Shown here in pieces: positions 59,155 to 64,000 of a DNA stretch of 64,000 bases. The translations under genes and the position numbers were made by a program. The stretch is taken from positions 2,080,001 to 2,144,000 of the forward strand of contig CBDDPY010000002.1 of NCBI GenBank assembly GCA_965232515.1, given 5' to 3'. Source of the DNA: Alphaproteobacteria bacterium. GTDB taxonomy: Bacteria; Pseudomonadota; Alphaproteobacteria; GCA-2731375. Under the pieces are notes generated by a model, which saw only the letters and a list, made by a program, of their open reading frames with translations, ran no database searches and had not been told where the DNA came from. Positions within the stretch are counted from its first letter, which is position 1. Each line of letters opens with the position of its first letter.

Positions 59155-61992
59155 TCAAACTGTTTCCACTTCGGAAAAACCTGCGGCGGCACGGATGTCC
59201 TGCGGCGTCAGCTCGCCAATGACCTTCTGGAGCTCCCTGCCGCTAAGGATGCGCTCCAGGTCCTTGTCAATATCCCCTCGACCGTCCGGCTCTATCGCGT
59301 TCGGGTGATTTTTCAGGTAGTCAGCCACCGCCGGCCAGCGCAACTGCACGATCAGCCAACGTGCCAGCGCGTTCCTGTGCGGCGTGAAGCCCTCCATCGT
59401 CCGGGCGGCGCGTGTAAAGTTGTAGGCCATGACGAACCGCTTGATAAAGCGTGGGTTCGCATCCAACAGCGTCGCGTACGGCGTCAGAATATGAGCGGTC
59501 GCTTGGCTTAGCTCCGCATCTTGAAACCGCGCCATCGCGTCCACGACCAGATCCGCGTGTTGTGACTCGTCCTCTCGCAAAATATCGAGCACCTCTTCCT
59601 CCGAAGTGCTTCTCGCGATCCGTGCCCTGCGTTCCGCCAGAACCGTACCATCATTCGACTGCGCGTCGGCGCCGGACGCGACGGCCGCCGTCAGCGCCGG
59701 AGTCGGTTCGGTCTCATCTCTCAGCAGCTTTCGTAAGAAACTGTCCTTCTGCGCATTGCTCATCGCCGGCACCGGCACTGTGACTTGAAACAGCTTTTCG
59801 AGGAACTGATAGCCCAACGGCCGGCCGGGTTCGCCGACAGCCTGCTTGTATGGACCATGCGCGACTTCGTAGCTGCGTCGGAGCCAGCGGCCGTCCGCCG
59901 CCACGATGAAGTAAATCGGCCGATGTGCCACGAATTGCTCGTTATTCGGCGACAGTTGCGGCCGATCGGCATCCAACGGAGCAGAAATCTGTCGACTATC
60001 TAGAGATGGACTGCGCATCAACGTTTGTACGGCGTCGAGCAGATCGACGACGTATTGCTGGTGGCAACGGTCCAGATCGTCGATCACGAACAACACCGGT
60101 CCCGGCGATTGCTTCCGCAACCAGTCGAAATGACCTGCCAGATCGCCCATCGGATTTGCGCGGGTGTCCCCGAACAGCTTCGCGCCACCCGGCGATCCCC
60201 ATGAGAGATACCTCAATATGGTCACCCCCAGAGCACCGACTGTTGCGATAACACTAATCGCCGCTGCCAGTAGCTTGAGAATACTCAAGGAAGAAGTCAG
60301 CCAGTTTTCGCTGCCGCCGGTCGTGATCGAGCCAACCCCAACCGATTTGTAGGCGCTCAGGCCCCCTCCACCAAATCCGCCGAACGGGTCGCCGAAGCCG
60401 ATCCAAGCGAGCACAGTGACGATCACGGCACCGAATAGCCAACCCAATCCGTAGATCGGCACGACAATCCGCGATGTTTCCCGTAACCGCAGCCAGATTC
60501 TGTCGTACCACCGCCGTTGCTGCCGCATGGCGTCTCTCATACTCTCCAACAATCCCCACCACGCCGGCCCGACATGAGCCTGGCGCCATGCGTCGAACTC
60601 GACAATCACCCACGGCGGAAGTTGAGACGTCGTACCGTTCCTAGGCTCGCCTCGTCCGTTGCCGGTTCCGGCGCGCGCCGACGGATCGTTGAACGCGTCG
60701 ACAATGAACTTCGCGATGGTTGATTTACCAGCACCCCAACGGCCCTCGAGCAGAAGCATGAAGGTCTCGGTGTCCGTATCGCAACGCAGCTCATCCAGCT
60801 TCCGCGCGACTGCCTTGGCCAGCTCTCGACGCTGCAAGAGATCGGTCTCGGCCCGCTGATCGTCGACAAGTCGCGTATCATGCCGGGCCCCAGCAATCCT
60901 ATTTCGCGGAAGGTGGGACTTTTCTGCCGATGGCGGCATTTTGGTTGACTGAAATCGCCCTTGCTCGGACAGATTGATAACGTCAGCGATCTTGCCGAGG
61001 CCTCGCCTCTGGAGATCTTCCCGCAAAGTCCCAGGCAACGAGTTGCCGCCAATCCAAAGCATTTCCAACGCAGTTAGCTGGCCGATGGCGTCCGGCAGGG
61101 CGTTCAGCTTGTTGTTGGTGAGGTCAAGAAGTTGCAGCGCCGCGAGCTCGCCGATGGCGTTCGGCAGTTCGTCCACCAGATTGTTGTGGAGGAAAAGCTG
61201 TTGCAGCGCCGTGAGTTGGCCGATGGCCTTCGGCAGTTTGTCCAGTTGGTTGTTGTTGAGGTAAAGCCGTTGCAGCGCTGTGAGTTGGCCGATGGCGTTC
61301 GGCAGTTCGCCCAGCTGGTTGTTGTCGAGATCGAGCATTTCCAACGCCGTTAGCTGGCCGATGGCGTTCGGCAGCGCGTTCAGCTGGTTGTTGGTGAGGT
61401 AAAGCCGTTGCAGCGCCGTGAGCTGGCCGATGGCGTTCGGCAGTTCGTCCAGCTGGTTGTTGTTGAGCCAAAGTATTTCCAGCGCGGTGAGCTGGTCGAT
61501 GACGTCCGGCAGTTCGTCCAACTGGTTGTTGTTGAGGTAAAGCCATCGCAGCGCCGTGAGTTGGCCGATGGCCTTCGGCAGTTTGTCCAGTTGGTTGTTG
61601 TCGAGGTCGAGCTGTTGCAGCGCCGTGAGCTGGCCGATGGCGTCCGGCAGAGCGTTAAGCTGATTGTTGTTGAGGTCAAGATGTTCGAGATGCGGGAAAG
61701 AGTTCAAAAACCGGGTGGGCAGCTTTCTTAACGCGTTGCACAGCTTCTTGTCCTCTTCGCTAAGCGCAAAATATGGCTTTTCTCTGACAGGTTCCGCCGG
61801 CCCGAGATATAGGACGCAGACGTTCGGCAGGGACGGAAGATCGGGGAGCAGACGATAAAAGTCGACCAGACCAAGGCCGCCGAGGTCGAGGGTGTCGGCG
61901 CCGGAGTCGGCGGCCTCGGCGATGCGCCGGAGGGCTTCGACCAAGCCCTCGTCCGAATCGGGCTCGTATATCGTCGCGGTCTCGTCTGCCAT
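59155..61992 (-). CDS. LRR-array plus KAP-family P-loop NTPase fusion protein with two TM segments
   Basis: Nine full 23-aa LRRs; Walker A LEGRWGAGKST, FDAW, Walker B FVIDDLDRC, FLEKLFQV..PVP, NPRFIKR; two hydrophobic segments between Walker A and B. Confidence 0.9.
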   Translation of the reverse strand: MADETATIYEPDSDEGLVEALRRIAEAADSGADTLDLGGLGLVDFYRLLPDLPSLPNVCVLYLGPAEPVREKPYFALSEEDKKLCNALRKLPTRFLNSFPHLEHLDLNNNQLNALPDAIGQLTALQQLDLDNNQLDKLPKAIGQLTALRWLYLNNNQLDELPDVIDQLTALEILWLNNNQLDELPNAIGQLTALQRLYLTNNQLNALPNAIGQLTALEMLDLDNNQLGELPNAIGQLTALQRLYLNNNQLDKLPKAIGQLTALQQLFLHNNLVDELPNAIGELAALQLLDLTNNKLNALPDAIGQLTALEMLWIGGNSLPGTLREDLQRRGLGKIADVINLSEQGRFQSTKMPPSAEKSHLPRNRIAGARHDTRLVDDQRAETDLLQRRELAKAVARKLDELRCDTDTETFMLLLEGRWGAGKSTIAKFIVDAFNDPSARAGTGNGRGEPRNGTTSQLPPWVIVEFDAWRQAHVGPAWWGLLESMRDAMRQQRRWYDRIWLRLRETSRIVVPIYGLGWLFGAVIVTVLAWIGFGDPFGGFGGGGLSAYKSVGVGSITTGGSENWLTSSLSILKLLAAAISVIATVGALGVTILRYLSWGSPGGAKLFGDTRANPMGDLAGHFDWLRKQSPGPVLFVIDDLDRCHQQYVVDLLDAVQTLMRSPSLDSRQISAPLDADRPQLSPNNEQFVAHRPIYFIVAADGRWLRRSYEVAHGPYKQAVGEPGRPLGYQFLEKLFQVTVPVPAMSNAQKDSFLRKLLRDETEPTPALTAAVASGADAQSNDGTVLAERRARIARSTSEEEVLDILREDESQHADLVVDAMARFQDAELSQATAHILTPYATLLDANPRFIKRFVMAYNFTRAARTMEGFTPHRNALARWLIVQLRWPAVADYLKNHPNAIEPDGRGDIDKDLERILSGRELQKVIGELTPQDIRAAAGFSEVETV
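61036..61689 (-). repeat. 69-bp tandem repeat array encoding LRRs (9 full + 1 partial)
   Basis: Unit LxxLxLxNNQLxxLPxAIGQLTA; recurring GCCGATGGC and GTTGTTG every 69 bp. Confidence 0.93.
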
Positions 61993-62198
61993 GTTTCAAA
62001 TTCAGTGGTGGCAGCTTGGGTTTGCAATTTAATGTTGCAAATAGAAGACAACAATTCCGTAATACTATGCAATGCGCACAAGATAAGCGCCCGTCTGCAA
62101 TGAGATGGTGGCCCGCGCCTCCTCGTCATGGAAGTGATGCGTTGATCGGGTGCTTGTAAGCGGAAGCGGAGAGGTTGACGACTACGTGCGCGGGCCGT

Positions 62199-63281
62199 AT
62201 GGCTCGGGTCATGGGTGTGTTGGATGATGGGTGGCACGGGGATCGGCCGGTGTCGGATGTGCCGTTTGTGCTGCGGCGGCGGGTGCATTGGGGGGATGGG
62301 GATGCGGCGCGGATTGTTTATACGGGCCGGTTTGTCGACTTTGCCTTGGAAGCCGCCGATTGCTGGTGGGAGGCGGTGCTGGGGGTGAACTGGTATCAGC
62401 TCAATGTCGAGCATGATCGCGGCACGCCGTTGGTGGCGATGCGGTTCGATTTTGAGCGGCCGTTGCGGCCGGGGGATCGGGTCGATCTGACGGTTGCTGT
62501 CGAGAAGCTGGGGCGGTCGTCGCTGGCGCTTCGGGTCGATGGCGCGAAGGTGGGGGGTGAGCACTGTTTTTCGGCCGTGCTGACCGAGGCGCTGACGGTG
62601 CCGTCGCGGATGAAGGCGACGGCGTTTCCGGACGACTTTCGGCGGCGGATCGAGGGCTATGCGCGGGAATGCGCGCTGCGCGAGACCGGCGTCAGGAGCA
62701 AACGCGAGGTGCTGGATTTCTGGTTCGCGCCACCCGGCTCGCCGGCGCGCGGCACGGTGCGCGATGTCTGGTTCAAGCCGGAGGATCCGGACACGGCCGC
62801 GGCCTTCGATCAAGCGATCCGCGACACGTTCACGGCGACCTACGAGGCGGCGGCGCGGGGCGACCTCGACCATTGGATGGCGACGGCCGACGGCTCGCTG
62901 GCGCTGATCATCGTGCTGGACCAGTTCCCGCGCAACATGTTCCGGAATTCACCCAAAGCCTTCGCGACGGACGCCAAGGCACTGAACGTGCTGGAACATG
63001 TTCTGGAACAGGGCTTCGACCGGGGCACCGGCTATGTCGACGGCATGTTCTTCTACCTGCCGCTGGAGCACAGCGAGGATCTGGAGCATCAGCGGCGCAG
63101 TGTCGCCATGTTCGACCGGTTCAAGGATGATCCGGCCGCCGAGATGGGGTTGTGGGCGGTGCAGCGGCATTTCGAGATCATCGAGCGGTTCGGGCGCTTT
63201 CCGCACCGGAATGATTGCCTCGGCCGGGAGAGCACGGCCGAGGAACTGGCGTTCCTGACGGAGCCGCATTCGTCGTTTTAG
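62199..63281 (+). CDS. 4HBT-type acyl-CoA thioesterase fused to DUF924 domain
   Basis: N-half RVHWGDGDAARIVY...F..PLR.GD (hotdog); C-half VLDFWF, LDQFPRN.FR, FYLPLEHSE, IIERFGRFPHRN; start uncertain. Confidence 0.85.
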   Translation: MARVMGVLDDGWHGDRPVSDVPFVLRRRVHWGDGDAARIVYTGRFVDFALEAADCWWEAVLGVNWYQLNVEHDRGTPLVAMRFDFERPLRPGDRVDLTVAVEKLGRSSLALRVDGAKVGGEHCFSAVLTEALTVPSRMKATAFPDDFRRRIEGYARECALRETGVRSKREVLDFWFAPPGSPARGTVRDVWFKPEDPDTAAAFDQAIRDTFTATYEAAARGDLDHWMATADGSLALIIVLDQFPRNMFRNSPKAFATDAKALNVLEHVLEQGFDRGTGYVDGMFFYLPLEHSEDLEHQRRSVAMFDRFKDDPAAEMGLWAVQRHFEIIERFGRFPHRNDCLGRESTAEELAFLTEPHSSF

Positions 63282-63289
63282 GCTCACCT

Positions 63290-63383
63290 TCTCAGTTGGC
63301 ATCCTGGCGGAGGCCAGGATCCATGTTCGTTGTTTCTCAACATGTTGCGATGCACATGGATGCTGGCCTGCGCCAGCATGACG
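63290..63383. repeat. second copy of the 94-bp double-hairpin element at 12271-12364
   Basis: CATCCTGGCG.AGGCCAGGATCCA...TGGATGCTGGCCTGCGCCAGCATGACG, loop sequence also similar. Confidence 0.88.
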
Positions 63384-63485
63384 GTTGGGGGCGTAGCGTC
63401 AGAGTGGGAGGACGCATTGCGACACGTTCAGACACCCCTACATCAGGGCTCGACAAACGCGTCATGTTCCCCACGTAATCCGTTG

Positions 63486-63935
63486 ATGTCCGAAATCGAG
63501 CAGCCGGAGGCTTCGCGCGGCACCAGACGCCTGATCCTGCTGGCGGTCGGCTGGATCTGCGTGGCGTTGGGCGCGGTCGGCGTGTTTTTGCCGCTGCTGC
63601 CGACGACGCCGTTCCTGCTGATCGCGGTGTGGGCATTTTCGCGCAGCTCGAAACGGTTGGCGGCATGGCTGTATGGCCATCCCAGGTTCGGGCCGTTGCT
63701 GGCCAACTGGGACGCCTATCGGATCATTCCGCTGTGGGCGAAATGCCTCGCCACCACGATGATGGGCGCGAGCCTGACCTATATGTGGTTCGTCGCCGAG
63801 ATGCCGTGGCCGGTGCGGATCATTGCCGCGTCCGTCTGCCTGTTCGCAGTGATCTATATCTGGAGCAAGCCGCACCGGCGGCCGGCGCCGGTTCACGTGG
63901 CGCACCGTGACGCCCGCGCGTTGCAGAACGACTGA
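63486..63935 (+). CDS. ybaN: YbaN/DUF454-family membrane protein
   Basis: LG.VGVFLPLLPTTPFLL.A...FSRSS.RL..WL..HP.FG. Confidence 0.9.
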   Translation: MSEIEQPEASRGTRRLILLAVGWICVALGAVGVFLPLLPTTPFLLIAVWAFSRSSKRLAAWLYGHPRFGPLLANWDAYRIIPLWAKCLATTMMGASLTYMWFVAEMPWPVRIIAASVCLFAVIYIWSKPHRRPAPVHVAHRDARALQND

Positions 63936-63952
63936 CGCTGTACCGGTTACGC

Positions 63953-63982
63953 TCGATGCCCGTGTCAAGCACGGGCATGACG
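63953..63982. repeat. REP-like half element
   Basis: ATGCCCGTG-TCAAG-CACGGGCATGAC resembles the right arm of the 17050 element. Confidence 0.65.
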
Positions 63983-64000
63983 AAATAGGCATCGATTGAG

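Noticed and set aside
61036-61689. Regular repeats resembling a CRISPR array
   Set aside because: The 69-bp period is in frame and encodes LRRs; there are no unique spacers and no cas genes
59115-62198. Transposon or prophage boundaries around the LRR-KAP gene
   Set aside because: No transposase/integrase, terminal IRs or target duplication seen

Overview
64 kb of accessory chromosome from a high-GC Alphaproteobacterium (Rhodospirillales-like, judged from codon usage, TRAP/box/sdhA genes and GTCAT..ATGAC palindromic repeats). It is a patchwork of small regulator-enzyme modules (HxlR, LysR, MarR, FadR, XRE, ECF). It includes a TRAP transporter with a DHDPS-like lyase, many redox/CoA enzymes, an orphan sdhA, an arylsulfotransferase, two single-domain globins sharing an upstream motif, five PEP-CTERM-type proteins in two tandem arrays, a peroxiredoxin-rhodanese-DsrE sulfur module and aerobic benzoyl-CoA genes boxC-boxB. 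The most unusual item is a compositionally atypical 945-aa gene inside the box cluster: a mosaic 23-aa LRR array fused to a membrane-anchored KAP P-loop NTPase, a candidate NLR-like anti-phage sensor. I found no rRNA, tRNA, CRISPR array or transposase. All calls come from motif recognition by eye, no database search was run, and several start codons were re-chosen from RBS context.
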